In this document: positions 12,023-25,600 of the stretch, one piece after another
How the letters are laid out: every line of letters begins with the position of its first letter
Numbering within the stretch: position 1 is the stretch's first letter
DNA from: Blepharisma stoltei ATCC 30299
Lineage: Eukaryota > Protista > Ciliophora
Length of the DNA stretch: 64,000 nucleotides
Assembly (NCBI GenBank): GCA_965603825.1
Contig: CBFDEM010000011.1
Location: 1,116,704-1,180,703, forward strand
Reading direction: 5' to 3'
Translations under genes and position numbers: made by a program
The notes under the pieces: generated by a model
What the model saw: the letters and a program-made list of their open reading frames with translations, nothing else
Told to the model about the DNA's origin: nothing
The model's database searches: none

Positions 12023-12088
12023 TTAGATAAGGTTTCAATCCATATTTAAAAAATAGCCTCCAACTTTATAATCAGAACTTAATAGAAA

Positions 12089-12806
12089 ATGCAGTCCACC
12101 ACAGTCAAGCTTAACATTACACATAGCAAGCGCAGCATGACAGCTATGGAAATCAGATTTGATACCTCACAAACCATAGCTTCCCTTAAGGTATTTTTCT
12201 AAATAGAACAACTTATCAGTCCGATTTGGGACAGCCGCTGAATATATGATGCTGAAACTTTTCAATGAGAACGGCGAGGTCGTCGCCAATATGAGTGATA
12301 ATGATGCCCAGCTGGGGACTTATAACCCTCATGACTTTTATGTGATCCATATCATTGATTTGGACCCTTCAACTGTGAATATTGACAATCTAGAAGAAGT
12401 CCCGAAGTATCAGATCTCAGATGAGGCATATAATCAGAGAGATGACACCTTTAGGAAGTTTAAGGAGCAACAACAGAAATTGCACCCGGATTTGGTCAAG
12501 CCTAATAAGGCACCTGTGGATGAAGAGTTCCAGAGGGAGTTTATTGACGGGATTCAGGTCGGAAATAGATGCAAGATAAATCCTGGGGATAAAAGAGGGA
12601 CTGTCAGGTATGTAGGAAAAATACCAGAGGCACAGCCGGGATATTGGGTGGGAATAGAGCTGGATGAGCCACTTGGGAAAAATGATGGGTGTGTAAAGGA
12701 AACGAGGTATTTCCAGACTGAAAAGAATCATGGAATATTTGTGAGGCCAAATAGTGTAGAAGTCGGGAACTTCAGACCTTATGGAGAAGACCCAGATGAA
12801 CTTTAA
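12089..12806 (+). CDS. TBCB: Tubulin-folding cofactor B (N-terminal Ubl plus CAP-Gly), 16-nt intron at 12191-12206
   Basis: CAP-Gly motif GYWVGIELDEPLGKNDG. The upstream exon from ATG 12089 (MQSTTVKLNITHS...EIRFD) is joined in frame by removing GTATTTTTCTAAATAG. Confidence 0.92.
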
Positions 12807-13065
12807 ATATTAGGATAAAAGTACTATCTATTAATTAGCATTTATTATTATAAAGATTCATTATTTAAATTCCTAAGCGAGTTTATTAAAATTTATAGCA
12901 AATAGCATTTCGAAATAAAAAAATTTACGATTTTTTTTACTTTTTTACTCAGCTCTTTCACAAATGCAGGCTTTCGGCTATTTTATTCCCAAAACTATTG
13001 TTTTTAAATTAAAAAGCCGATCCTCATTTATAAATTATGATAATAAACGGATAGTATAATTAATT

Positions 13066-13500
13066 ATGAAGGCTTCATTGTTGATGATTCTTACTCTTTT
13101 TGCATTCTCATCCAGCTTAAGAGTATTCAAGCCTATGTTTTCTCTTTTAGAAAAAGAAAATAACTCTGCAGGAAATCTTGAAGACACTAATGGTACAAAA
13201 TTAGCCGTTGGAAGCTTATTTTTAGAGACAAGCTCTGAGCTTTTAGGAAGCAGCGCAGACGGCAGCTCTAAAACTGGCAGTGACTCATTTTTGGAGATAT
13301 CGAGAAAAGATAATTCCTTTTTACAAACTGAATTAACTAAAGGAGGAACACGGGTAGGTGATATGGTAACTAATGGAGGATATAATGGGAATAGTAACTC
13401 TTTCTTGCAAACAGAAATTGAGCTAACTAAAGGAGGAACACGCTCAGGAGACATAATGTCTGGGGATGGCTTTAAAACTAGCAGCGAAGATTTTTTTTAA
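13066..13500 (+). CDS. Small secreted proprotein-like polypeptide with repeated S/L-F/L-L-E/Q motifs
   Basis: Hydrophobic signal peptide, then SLLE, LFLE, SFLE, SFLQ and SFLQ, with a duplicated ELTKGGTRxGD segment. Confidence 0.7.
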   Translation: MKASLLMILTLFAFSSSLRVFKPMFSLLEKENNSAGNLEDTNGTKLAVGSLFLETSSELLGSSADGSSKTGSDSFLEISRKDNSFLQTELTKGGTRVGDMVTNGGYNGNSNSFLQTEIELTKGGTRSGDIMSGDGFKTSSEDFF

Positions 13501-13656
13501 TGAATGAATTTTACTAATTATAAGTTTTATAATAAAATTCTGTATTTTTCTATAGAATTTAATAAAATTAATATTCAGAATCTATTAGCTTAAGATAAAC
13601 TTTGCTAAAACTCCATATAAATTTCAATATTTAATTCAAATCATATTTATCTAAAT

Positions 13657-16600
13657 TTATCGGATTTTTTTCTTGACTTTATCCACCATATCATTAACGT
13701 GCTTCATCGCCTTCATCAGCTGATCAAACTGTGACGTATCAACATTTTCAGCAATTTTTTCTACCCTTCTCACCCTCTGCAAAATCTGGTCTAGCAGAGA
13801 CATATCAGATTTTTCTCCATCTTTGCCCATTTCTACTCCAATTCTTAGGTTGCTTTCTACATCTTCTTTAGGCTCCCACAGCTTCAGCTCTACGCCACTG
13901 TAAGAAATAATTTTCAGCCTTTCTTGTTCTTCTTTGTCTTGTTGCTCAATAAGTTTGAGGTTTTCTTCTTTGTATTTCTGGATCTGCGAGCTGATTTTTT
14001 CTTGGTATTTTTGCTTTCTTTCGTCAAGTTTAGCTTGGAGACGGCTTTTCTGGCGTGTTCGCTCGTCTTCCATTGATTTTTCCCATTCGTCCATTTCTTT
14101 TTGGTGCTGTTTGAGCAATTCTTCCATTTTTTCAGGCGAAATTCCTCTTTCTTTCATGACTTCGACCATCATTCTTTGTCTTTCTTCCATAATTCGACGC
14201 TGTTCTTGGATTTCTTCAAGTCTTCTTTGCTTTTCTTCGACTTCTTTAAGCTGCTCTTGAATGCTGCTGATTTCGAGTTCTTTTCTTCGTTCGAATTCTC
14301 TAAGCTGTTGGTTTCTAAGGTCTAGTTCTCGTAGTTTTTCTGCATATAAGCGCTCGTTTTCTGACCTCAGTTTGTCGATATCTTTTTCCATATCACTTAA
14401 GTTAGCATTGGCCATTCTTGGGTCGCTTTCACTGATTTTCTTGAAAATTTCAGCATTTTCCTTCATATGAGTGTCAGCCAAATTATTGAATTTTTCTCTG
14501 AACTCATCCTCGACGTCTCGCCAAGCTTGATCTTGTTCTGAATTGAGCTGAGCCATGTTATTAAATTCTAATTGGTTTTGAGCTTCTTTTTCTCGTGCTT
14601 CAAGCTCCTCAATTTTAGCTTGAAGTTCTTCAGGTTTAAGCTTGCGTTTTTTAAGAGCTTCACGTTGGGCTAAGTATTGTGCACGAAGACTGGCACGCTC
14701 AACTGCTTTAATGTTGACAGCCGCTTGGATTAAAGTGTTTTGGCGTTCACGTAGTTTTCCATGCTTAAGAGCCGTAAGTTCACCGATTTCTCTGTCGTGT
14801 TTGGCTTCAAGCAGCTGTCTTGCAAGACCTATAAGTTCTTCTGCAGATATATTTCCTGCATTTTCAAGGATTTCTTCCATTTTTCTCATCTCGATATTGC
14901 TTCTTGCATCTCTTTCAGCTTCTTTTTGTTGCATTTCTACGTCAAATCGTTCTCGATCTTGCTTTACTTTAATTTGGGCTTCTTTTTCAGCTTTCCTTCT
15001 CTTTCTATCAAGGAGCCTTTGTTTGAGGTCGGTTTCTTGCTTTCCTTTTTGAATACCAATAGCTTCATCGAGCCTATCAATTTCTTTCAATATTTGGTCT
15101 TTTTCAGTCTGGCTGCTTGCGTTTTCTAAGGCTTTAATAAGTCTTTCTTTTTCTTCGGACTGTGCAGCTTCTTCTTGGTCTAAGATATTATCAATTTGTA
15201 AGAGTTCTTGCTGATGGGCCTCTTGAAGTCTTACTAGTTCTTGGTCATATTCTTCTCCAACGTCTTCTATTTCTCTCTTTTCATCTTCATTAAGCAATAT
15301 TTCTCCATTTCCTTCAGCAAAAGCCAGCAGAGTATTTCTTTCAAGCTGGGCTAGTTCTTCTTGATGCCTTTCCTCCATGTCTTTTTTCTTCTCTTCATGG
15401 TTTGCGTTAACTTTTCCCAATCTTCCTTTTCTTCTTTCCTCTAGCCTTTTGAATAAATCGGCTTCTTGTTGTTTCTTATGAGCAGTCAGCTGGTCTTCAA
15501 TTCTTTTTGCTTCAATTTCAAAGTTCTTCATAAGTGCATCTGTTTCCTGCTGATTTTTAGAGTTTGCTAAATCGTTTTGCAGCTGCGTTCGGATTTCTAA
15601 CAGTCTCTGCTCTACTTCTTTTCTGGTCTCTTTTTTGTAGTTTTCTTTCTCATTTAAGTAGTCTTCATTAATATTTTCAACTTCATCTTTAAGCTCTTTT
15701 TCTATTGCTTCTCTCTCTTCCTTTTGTCTAGCAATTATTTCAGCTTTTTTAGGCTCGTAGTAGGCTTTTTCTCTTTGAGCTGCTCTTCGCTTTGCTGCTC
15801 TTTCTTGAAGACGCTTATTGAGTTCTGATTGAGAATTTTGTATATCAGCATTAAGGAGTTGGTCCAATCTTTGCATATTAGCATTCAGCTCACCAATCAG
15901 CTCTTGTTTATCATGTTCCATTAAATCTGGGTTATTTTGGATATCTTTGCTCAAAATTTCAGTATTTTTTACTTCTATCAGAGTCTCTTTTCTGAGAATT
16001 TCAGCTACAGCATCATTATAAGTCGTTGGAATTTCTTCATCAATTATGGCTTCTGGGAGCACAATTTCTTCATCTTCATCGAATTCTGCCTCCACAATTT
16101 TTTGTTTCAATATCTCTGGATCAATATCCGCCAATTTATCTGCAAGCTGGTCCTTCAGTTCTCTCGCTTGCTCCAACAGCTCATTCAACCCTATAGTAGC
16201 TTCTTCATCCTGGGCATCAAAAGCTGCCTTAACTCTATCATAATACTTGCACAAGTTGTCATACATATCTTTAAACTGTGACGGCTCCAACAATTCTTTA
16301 TCAAAATCAATACCATCTTCTATAGACTCCTCAAATGCAGGGACAACTGGGACTAAATTTGACTTAAACCTGCATTTCTTGCAGCAGCTTCTCAACATCG
16401 CGTATAATCTTTCTTTAGAGTTCACAGACGCCCATGCTCTCCAGTGCAAAAATGATAAAAATCCTATGATAAGAATAATCAAAATAATCAGCGCAACAAT
16501 AATGCCTGCAATAATTCCCCACTGTGGCTCAGTCATAAGGTTATCAGCTGCATATATATTTAAAGCGTCCAAATTTAAAGAAGTTCTAGCTAAAAATGTG

Positions 16601-19600
16601 ACGTCTTGGCTTGGGCAGCTTTCACTGTCCCCAACCACAGCAATAATTATATGTTTATCAGAGTCTGCATTGTCTACAAAATCATAAATTCCAGCATCGG
16701 TAAAGGTAAAGGCAAAAGTGTCGACGTAACTTGAGGAAGATTTCATTCTCCATTCCAGTTCTTTGAAGGCCGCATAGTCAAAGTTTTTATTTGTGTTTAA
16801 TAAGGAGTCTTTAAGGTAGACTGGGTAGTGAGAACGAGGGGTCAAGGAGAATAAGAAGGTGTCGTTTCGCTTTATGCAGGCAATTGGGTTGGAAAGACCT
16901 TCAGAAGAAGCGGCAAGGAAACGAGATTCGTCGTCAGTAAGAAGACGACGGTAGTAGGTGGAAAGGGAAGAGCCAGTGCCGTAGACTCCTTGAGGACCGT
17001 CTGAAGTCATGTCTACTGTATGGACTTTGGAAGAATCTGAGACTGAGGTAGCTCCAAGATAGTTGGAGCCTGTCATGGAGACTGGTCGAGACGATCCACT
17101 TGAAGGGTTGTAGATGTAAAATTGGCCATCAGATTTAAGGGTAACGCTGGCTGATGTGCTTCTACAAGTAGAATTGCAGACGTCTTCTTCACTAGGAGTA
17201 TCATCACATATGCAGACACTATAAGTAGAATCTAAGTTCCCAGATCCTCCATTGCATTCGCTTTCACAGCTTCCTGAGCTTTTACAAGACCCATCAGCTT
17301 TTCTCACCTGTCCTGATATACAATTGGTATACTGTTTTGGTGTGCAGTCTTCAGCTGAATCTACTTCACTTTCAGTTACCCCTTCAATTACAAACTCATA
17401 AGTCGGCAAACATATGCAGCTTCCATCATATTTCTGATATCCACGGTATTTCCCTTTACATTGGCAAGTATCCTGTCCTGCGTCAGAATAAGCATGTGAC
17501 CCACAGATTTTGCATTTACTCAGTCCTTCTTCGTCACCATAAGTATTTGCTGGGCACGCCAGACAGGCTGAAGCACTTTTTCCTTTGGTGGATGGGTTAT
17601 AGGTCGTAATTGGGCATGGTATAGCTGATTCTGTGCCCTCAGGGCAATAATACCCGCTTGGACAAGGGTATCCGCCATCATTACTTAGTGTCTGAGGATT
17701 TGAACGTGTAGCGCCAGCCACACAAAGATACCCAGCATCACAAGGGTAGCATTTTTCTGACGACGTCCCATTCGCATATAGTCCTGCTCCACATTCAATA
17801 CATACATTATCTGCCATATAAGTCCCAGGCTCACATGTTTCTGGGTAAAAGTTAGCTAATTGGCAGATAGTTCCAGTAGGGCATTCAATAGCTTCGTCTT
17901 CAGTGTAATATTTAGTAAGGTTTGTGCTATCATATAATGGACAATAATAATGCACAGGGCATTTTGTAGGGGTTTCTGTAAGGTCATTGCAGATATAGCC
18001 AGGAGTACATGGGATAGGAGCTGATGAGCCTAATGGACAATAAGTGCCAATAGTACAGGCCACTGGAGAGGTGGTAGCTTCTTCACAGTAATAGCCTCCA
18101 GGACAAGCCGGACAATCACTAGCAGAACCTGCTACACTTGAGCTGCCTACAGTGCCTGGAGGACAAGGAATATAAGATGTAGCTCCTAATACACAGAAGT
18201 AGCCTTTTTTACAAGGATATTGAGTATAATCGCCGATTCCTGTGTCATCACAATAATAACCAGCTGGACAGGGCTTGCAAGCGTTAATATCACTCATGGA
18301 TTTGCTGCCATTATACGTATATTTAGGACAAGGTGTTGGAGAATTGACACCAGAAGGACAGTAATTCCCTTTAGGACAGTCAAAAGGTGTAGGGTTTCCT
18401 GTAACACAGTAGCTTCCAGGTGGACAAGTAGTACAGTCAGAAACCTGGGTAGCTCCTGTATCTTTTCTGAATTTTCCTTCAGGACATTTAGTCGGTGTAG
18501 TTGTTCCTAATCCACAATAATAGCCAGATGGGCATGGAGTACCTGTTAAATAATATACAGAAGGAGTGGAATAAGGACTAGACTTTTTACACCAAAACCC
18601 AGGGGCACATTGTCCTGAAATTCTTCCATCTACACAGTATTGTCCAGATGGGCACACACTGCATTCTGTATCCGCGGTAAGACCTTCACTATCTTTATTA
18701 TAGGAGCCTGAAGGACAAATAAGCCCATACCCAGTTCCTTCAGGACAATATTTGTATTGTGGGCATAAGCTATTGGCATTTGTAGCAGCGTTGTTGCATT
18801 CTCGTCCAGCAGGGCAAGTATTGCATGTCTCTAAGTTTGTGACATCAGCATAGGTGCCTGGGCCGCATGGGTATTCATTGCTATAGCGGGTTCCGACAGG
18901 ACAATGATAGCCAGTAGGGCAGTTTGTTTGGATTGCAGTAGAGCCTGTACAGTAGTAACCACTACCACACTGTGTGCAGGATGATTGCTGAGTTTGAGTA
19001 TTATAATAACCCATTGCACAAGGTATTGGAACCCAGCTGCCTGCTTCACAATAGTAGCCTGTAGGACATTCGCCTTCTGGAGGAGTAGGAGTGGCTTTTC
19101 CAGGGTCACAATAGTAGCCAGCAGTACAGTCTCCAGTAGGCGAGCTTAGACCTTGAGAATTACAATATTTGCCATAAGGACAGTCAAGACACTGAGTATA
19201 GTCACTTAAGCCTTCTGAAGGACTATAAGTTCCAGCTGAGCAAGGAGTTACTGCAGAACTTTCTGTAGGACAATAATTCCCTTGAGAACAGATATTTCCT
19301 TGAGTTCCATCTGTCGGGTTTGCAACTGTAGATCCTGCCAAACAATAGTAGCCAGCTAAGCATGATCCTGATTGGGCTGGTAGCGCATATCCTGCACAGT
19401 AAAGTCCAGCTTCGCATTTAGTAGCTGCACTGCTCCCTTCAGGACAATAATAGCCAGGGCTGCACATTCCACCTGTAGAGTCACTTCCTGAGGGCTTATC
19501 CGTAAAAGCTCCACCAATGCAATAATACCCTTCAGCACACACACTTTGATAAAGCGCAGCTCCAAGGGTGGGGCAGTATTTTCCAGGGTCACAAGACACG

Positions 19601-22600
19601 CAAGCAGTGGAATCGCTTTGGCCAATCAAGCTATTATAAGTTCCAACTGGGCAAGGATAAGAATGATAGTACCCAGTTCCTGATGGACAATAATATCCCG
19701 TAGGGCACAATGTTTCTGAGCTAGCTCCTAAGTCGCAGTAATACCCTGGGTCACATGTGACACATGAAGACTGTTTGGTATTCATTTGATATTTTCCAGC
19801 AGGACACAAAATCTCATCAGCTGTGCCACCAGGGCAATAATAGCCTCTATCACATTCATAGGTAGGCGTGATGTCTCCTCCAGGACAATAAAAGCCAGCT
19901 GTGCAAGCTTGCCTCATATTTGATGAACTAGTGCTACCGTCACAGAAATAACCAGGGGAGCATGTAATACACTCAGTGTTTGCGGAGGCTCCGGAGTATG
20001 GCAAATAATTTCCTGCACTGCATTGGACTGGAGAAGCTGATCCTGTGCAGTAATACATAGGTGAACAAATATTTCCGGTAGTACCATCAGTTGGAGCTGG
20101 AGTTGTGGCTTTAGAGTTACAGTAATACCCAGCTTGGCAGCTTCCAGAAACAGCTGACAATTCATCGGCTGAGCAGTATTTGCCAGAGTCACAAGGAATG
20201 CTTGAAGTTGAACCTTGTGGACAGTAGTAACCAGGATTACAACGGCCTCCATAGGTTTGGCTTTCTTGAGGTCGGGAAGTTGTAGATTTTGAAATGCAGT
20301 AAAAGCCTGGGTCACATTGTCCAGCGACAGCTGAGGCTCCTAGCTGGTTGCAGTAATAGCCTGGAGTGCAGTCGATGCATGCAGCACTGGACTGTTGGCC
20401 TGAGTTAGGGTTGTAAGTGCCAACAGGGCATGGGAATTGCTTAGGATATGAAGTTCCTGATTCGCAATAATAACCTGCAGGGCATACATTTGCAGTGTAG
20501 TCTGATGTGCCTGGCGGACAATAATACCCAGGAGGGCATGTCTGACAACTTGCTTGATTCGTAAGATCTTGGTATGTTCCTGCTGCACAGAGCAAATCTA
20601 CTGCAGATCCTTGTGGGCAATAGCTGCCTTCTGGACATATGCCAGAGCCTGGCTCTCTTGTAGTAGATGACTCAGTGCAATACCATCCTTGTCTACATTG
20701 AGTGCCCATATATGTTGATAACGCTGTGGTTGTGCATGCATATCCAGCAGGGCAAGGAAGACAATGGGAAGAATCACTTCCTGTAGTGCTTGGATTAAAT
20801 GTGCCAGCCAAGCAAGCTGTTTGATCAGAACTTCCTAAGCAATAATACCCAACTGGACATGGGCCGTAATATCCTGGGACATCAGCATAAGGTTGAGGAT
20901 ATGGAGAACTTGAGGTGCAGTAGTAGCCAGCAGAGCATGAACCTGCTACAGCAGTTTGGCCAGAGTACAAACAGTATTTGTTAGCGTTACAGAGAGTGCA
21001 ATCATCAATACTTTGACCTCCTGTTGCTAATCTATACGTTCCTGGAGGGCAAAACTTTCCAATAAATGAGCCTTGCAAACAGTACTTTCCTTCTTCACAT
21101 GGTGTTACAGATGTCAGTGTAGTAGTAGGACAATAATTTCCTGGGTCACATGAAATACAAGAAGACGCTGCTGTACTTGGATTATAAGTTCCAGCTGCAC
21201 ATGCAATTTGGGCAACACTTCCTGAAGGCGCATAGTACCCTGCTTGAGCAGCATGACTATTAGAAGTTGACTCGCCAGCTGGGCAATAGTATCCAGGGTC
21301 GCACTTTCCTGTTGGCGATGGGCTCAAATCAGTACCTGCACAGTAATATCCTGGCCAACAAGTAACGCAATCGCTAGACGACCTTCCTCCATCAAAATTG
21401 TTAAAAGTCCCTGCGCTACACTTTTGAGGTGAAGTTGTCCCTGCTGGGCAATACCCTCCTGCAGGACATTTTTTCCCAGTTTGGCCATCATTTGGTGTAG
21501 CAATAGAAGCTCCTCCTGAGCAGTAGAACCCTTCTGTACAGGTATCTGTGGTACCAGTTTGGCCTGGAGATTGACAATAGTGTCCAGCGTCACACGAAGT
21601 GCAGTCTGTAGAAGTAGCCAAGCCTGTATTGGCTCCATAAGTGCCGCTTGGACATTGTAAAGGAGTAATGGTGCCTGATGGGCAGTATGATCCAATAGTA
21701 CAAATTGTTGGGGTCGTTGTGGCTGTTGTAGGGCAATAGTAGCCAGGAGTGCATGAGGCACAGTCAGATACAGAAGCTCCGCCAGTTTCCTCTCTAAATG
21801 TCCCTGCAGGGCAAGCCATAGCTGTAGACGTTGTTGAGCCTTTAGGACAATAATAACCAGCACTACAGAGATAGCCGGAGTAATCAGAGGTTCCAGCAGA
21901 GCTCACATAGTACCCAGCAGGCACTGTTTTGCAGTCTTTGACAGATTTAGCACCTTTAGTGTTTCTATAAGTCCCTGCAGGGCAGTTTGTGCCTGATGAG
22001 GAGCCTTCAGGGCAGTATTGACCAGCTGGACATCCATTTGAACCCAAAGTAGGATAACTGTTCATGCCTGATGTACATTTAAATCCAGCTGGACAAACTG
22101 ATAAATACATCATAAGCTCTGAAGTAGCTACCTCAGCACAGAAAAATCCTGCCTTGCATGTAATTTGCCCTGATGCCCCTTCATAAGTATAAGAGCCTTT
22201 ATCTGCATCAGTACAAGAACTTAAACCTGAAGCACTTGAATATTTTCCTGCAGGGCATCTTTTACAGCTGGGATAAACCCCTGGTCCTCCATCTTGAGCT
22301 CCTAATTCTTCCATATAGGTCCCAGCTGGACATGGTATAGGTGGTGATGACGAAGAAATATACCCAGGGCAAAAGTTTCCAGCAGTACAAAATGTGCATT
22401 CTCCTTGGTCACTTGCTGCACCTGCATTATAAGTCCCTACTGGGCATATATACTGCTTATCATAAGTAGTGCCTCTTGGACAATAATACCCAGCTGGACA
22501 AGTGTTTGAAGAATATGATGATGTCCCAGCTGGACAGTAATAGCCAGCAGGACAAATTAAGCACTCATGAACACCTTCTACACGAGTATTTTCGCTATAA

Positions 22601-25600
22601 GTGCCAGCAGGGCATGGAAATTCTTTAGTAAAATGAGTGCCAATTGGGCAATAATACCCAGCAGCACATACTACTGGAGGGTTATTTACATAGTTCGTAG
22701 CATAGCCACAGGCAAAACCAGGAGGACATTGGTCACATTGGGCTAGACCATAAGCTCCATACATGGTACCGACGGTGCCTGGAGGACATGGGTTTTGGGT
22801 TTTGCGGGTCGAGCCCTCAGGGCAATAATAGCCAATTTCACATTTCATGATAGCTTCTACCATGCCTGCTCCTGGGCATGCATAGCCTGCAGGGCAGACC
22901 CAGCAGCTGCTTAGAGGGTTTGCTTGGTATGGGCCAATTTTTCCTGGAGAGCAAGGAAGTGGCTGTGCTGAGCCCGAGCCACAGGAAGTCCCTGCTGGGC
23001 ATAATAAGCAGTCTTCTATTTTATACTTTCCTGTTAATGGGTTATAAGTGCCTTCTGGGCATGCGGTAGCAGATGTGCTTCCAATCGGGCAAATTCTCCC
23101 TGCAGGACAAATGATAGGATTTCCGGTGCCTTCAGGGCAGTAGTAGCCTTCAGGACATTGTAAACAGTACCCTTCTGAAATAGCTCTAAGTTTTTTATAA
23201 TAAGTACCTTCTGGACAATTTGTGCCAGTAGATACCCCTGCTTCACAATATTTCCCTTGAGGGCAAGGGGAGTTTTCATAGTTTCCTGTGCCAGCAATGC
23301 ATTCATATCCTAATGGACAGTCAAAACAAAAAGTACTGTCATAAGCTCTGACAACAGCATTAAATTTTCCATCGCCGCATTTTGTCATTGTAGAAGACCC
23401 ATCACAGTAGTTGCCTGGCCAACATTCGAATCCAATCATATCAGGTCTATCTGCATTATCTGGCAGCCAGAAGCCTATAAATGCTGGACTTATAGTATCT
23501 GAGCCAATATAAGAGTATTTGTTGGAAGTAGCATAATTGCCAGCGCCATCTTCTCCTCCTGGTATTGGATAGCACCATCCCCATCCTGATGAACAAATAA
23601 TATTGTCTTTCCAAGCATCATAAGATTTCACATAATCATCAACGTCTGTAGATGTTACAACGCTGCTTCCACTTGTCGTCAAACCTGGATAACCTGCTAA
23701 GGTAGTAGTTGACTTGCAATATGCTGAGCCTTCAACTGAGTCATAATCTGTTGCACAAGCTTTTGGCCTAGCGCTTGATCCAGTGCCTTCGCTGGCAGAA
23801 CAATAATAGTGAGCAGGACATAGCTTACACACACTTTCTCCTGAAGCTCTGTATGTCCCTTCTGGGCAAATTCTTGTAGGTCCTTGGAATGGGTCGCATT
23901 CCATATTGTCAGGACAAGTCGCACAACTAGCCATCCCAGCTAAAGAATAAGTCCCTGCGCTGCATGATGTATAGGTAACAGGGTTTCCGCTACAAGAAAC
24001 ACCAGCAGGACAAGGCACACATATATCAGGAGATCCTACTATTATATAGCCGCTCGGACATGCAACTGTAAAAGAGACTTCAGGGCCTGGAGCCATCTCA
24101 CCAGAAGTAGGTGAACTGCAAGTACCTGAGCCTGGATCTGAGTACTGTCCTTGGACGCATCGCTGAATTTCATAGCCGCTTTGATTTGGGCATGAAAACC
24201 CACCAGGACAAGCAAGACAAAATGAGTAATATTCATATGAGTAAGTCCCAGAGGCACAGCTTTGTGCAGTTTGAGTAGGATCTGCACAATATTGTCCTGC
24301 CTGGCAAGCTGTGCAGACCATATCATCTTGAGCTGAATAAGTGCCAGGAGGACATGGGACTGGTGTAGACCCCATACAATTGAACCCAGCTGGGCATGTG
24401 CATTTCGGCCCATTTGGCCACGCATAAGGTGCATTTATACATATATTTGCCACAGAGACTACTATAGTAACACTGCTATATCCTCCACTAGAATCAGATA
24501 AAGTAACAGTTACTGCTGTGTAAGGTGTGCTTCCCATCGAGCCAGCTGCAGCATATATAGTGGCCTGTTTAAATAATTTATAATCAGACGTCGTAAAGCT
24601 TAATGAAGAGGTCGTCAACGATAAATTTGTTGTATCTGAAGATGATATAGTCACAGTTACTGTTGACGATGGTTGTGAGGATAGTCATACATCAAAAGTC
24701 GCATATTGCTTACTTTGAACCAAAATAGCTAAGTTGCTCACTTTTATAGTAGGAGTACTTGCTGGAAGAATAACTGCTGTGGTGGTTTTATCTGAAGGAT
24801 AAAATATTGCACTATTAAAATTTGAATCTGACGTAGAGACTGTATATGTAATAGTAGTGGTCTGATAAGGAGATGATGCACTTGAAGGGCCCGTTATTAA
24901 AATCCTCTGTGTGCTCCAGCTTGATGACGTAAAAGTCACTTGGCTTGAGCTCAGTGTTATATATGAGTTACTTAATGTCATCGAAACTACTACATCTGAC
25001 GATGGCGCAGCTCCAATTGAAATATAGAGCTGAGTGCTGTCTTTAGCTTGGAGGCCTACAGAAGAGTCTGCTTGAATATAATATTTAGTGCTCCCATATA
25101 TTGGCACTGAAATTGAGCCTGAAGAAGCAGTTAAGCAAGTTTGGAAATTAGCAACACCGTTGTATGTGGAATCTGATGAAGAAATTGAGTGGATCACACC
25201 GATGTTGACAGGATAAGAAGTTGAAGCAAGCATCCCAGTATTGAAGTAAACTTTTTGAGCTGTGGCGTAGTTTGAATCTGTAAATGTAAGGGTAGTTGTA
25301 GTGATTTCTAAGGATGAGGAGTCTTTTGAGCTGATAGAGACGATCACATCGTATAGTGGTTTATCAGTTAAATATATCTGGTAATATTGGTTATAAGTCC
25401 CTTCAAAAATCGCATCATTCAAATTTATAGCAAGCTCTCCATTAGAATATGACGTCGCTGTAAAAGTTGTCGCAAATGCTGAATATCCTGAACAAAGAGC
25501 TTCGACTTCAACTGAGCCAGTTCCAGTATAAATTACATTGGAAAACGACAGACTGCCCAGATTAAGTGTTGCACTCCCGCCACTGCTTATTTGCCCATTT

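Noticed and set aside
12089-12806. TBCB Ubl domain as part of the Ubl conjugation system
   Set aside because: It is the standard integral domain of a conserved tubulin cofactor, has no di-Gly, and lies far from the cluster.
13934-24434. Many short track ORFs overlapping the giant gene (both strands and alternative frames), and similar shadow ORFs over other genes
   Set aside because: They are antisense or off-frame shadows of long, biased coding sequence, with no independent motifs.
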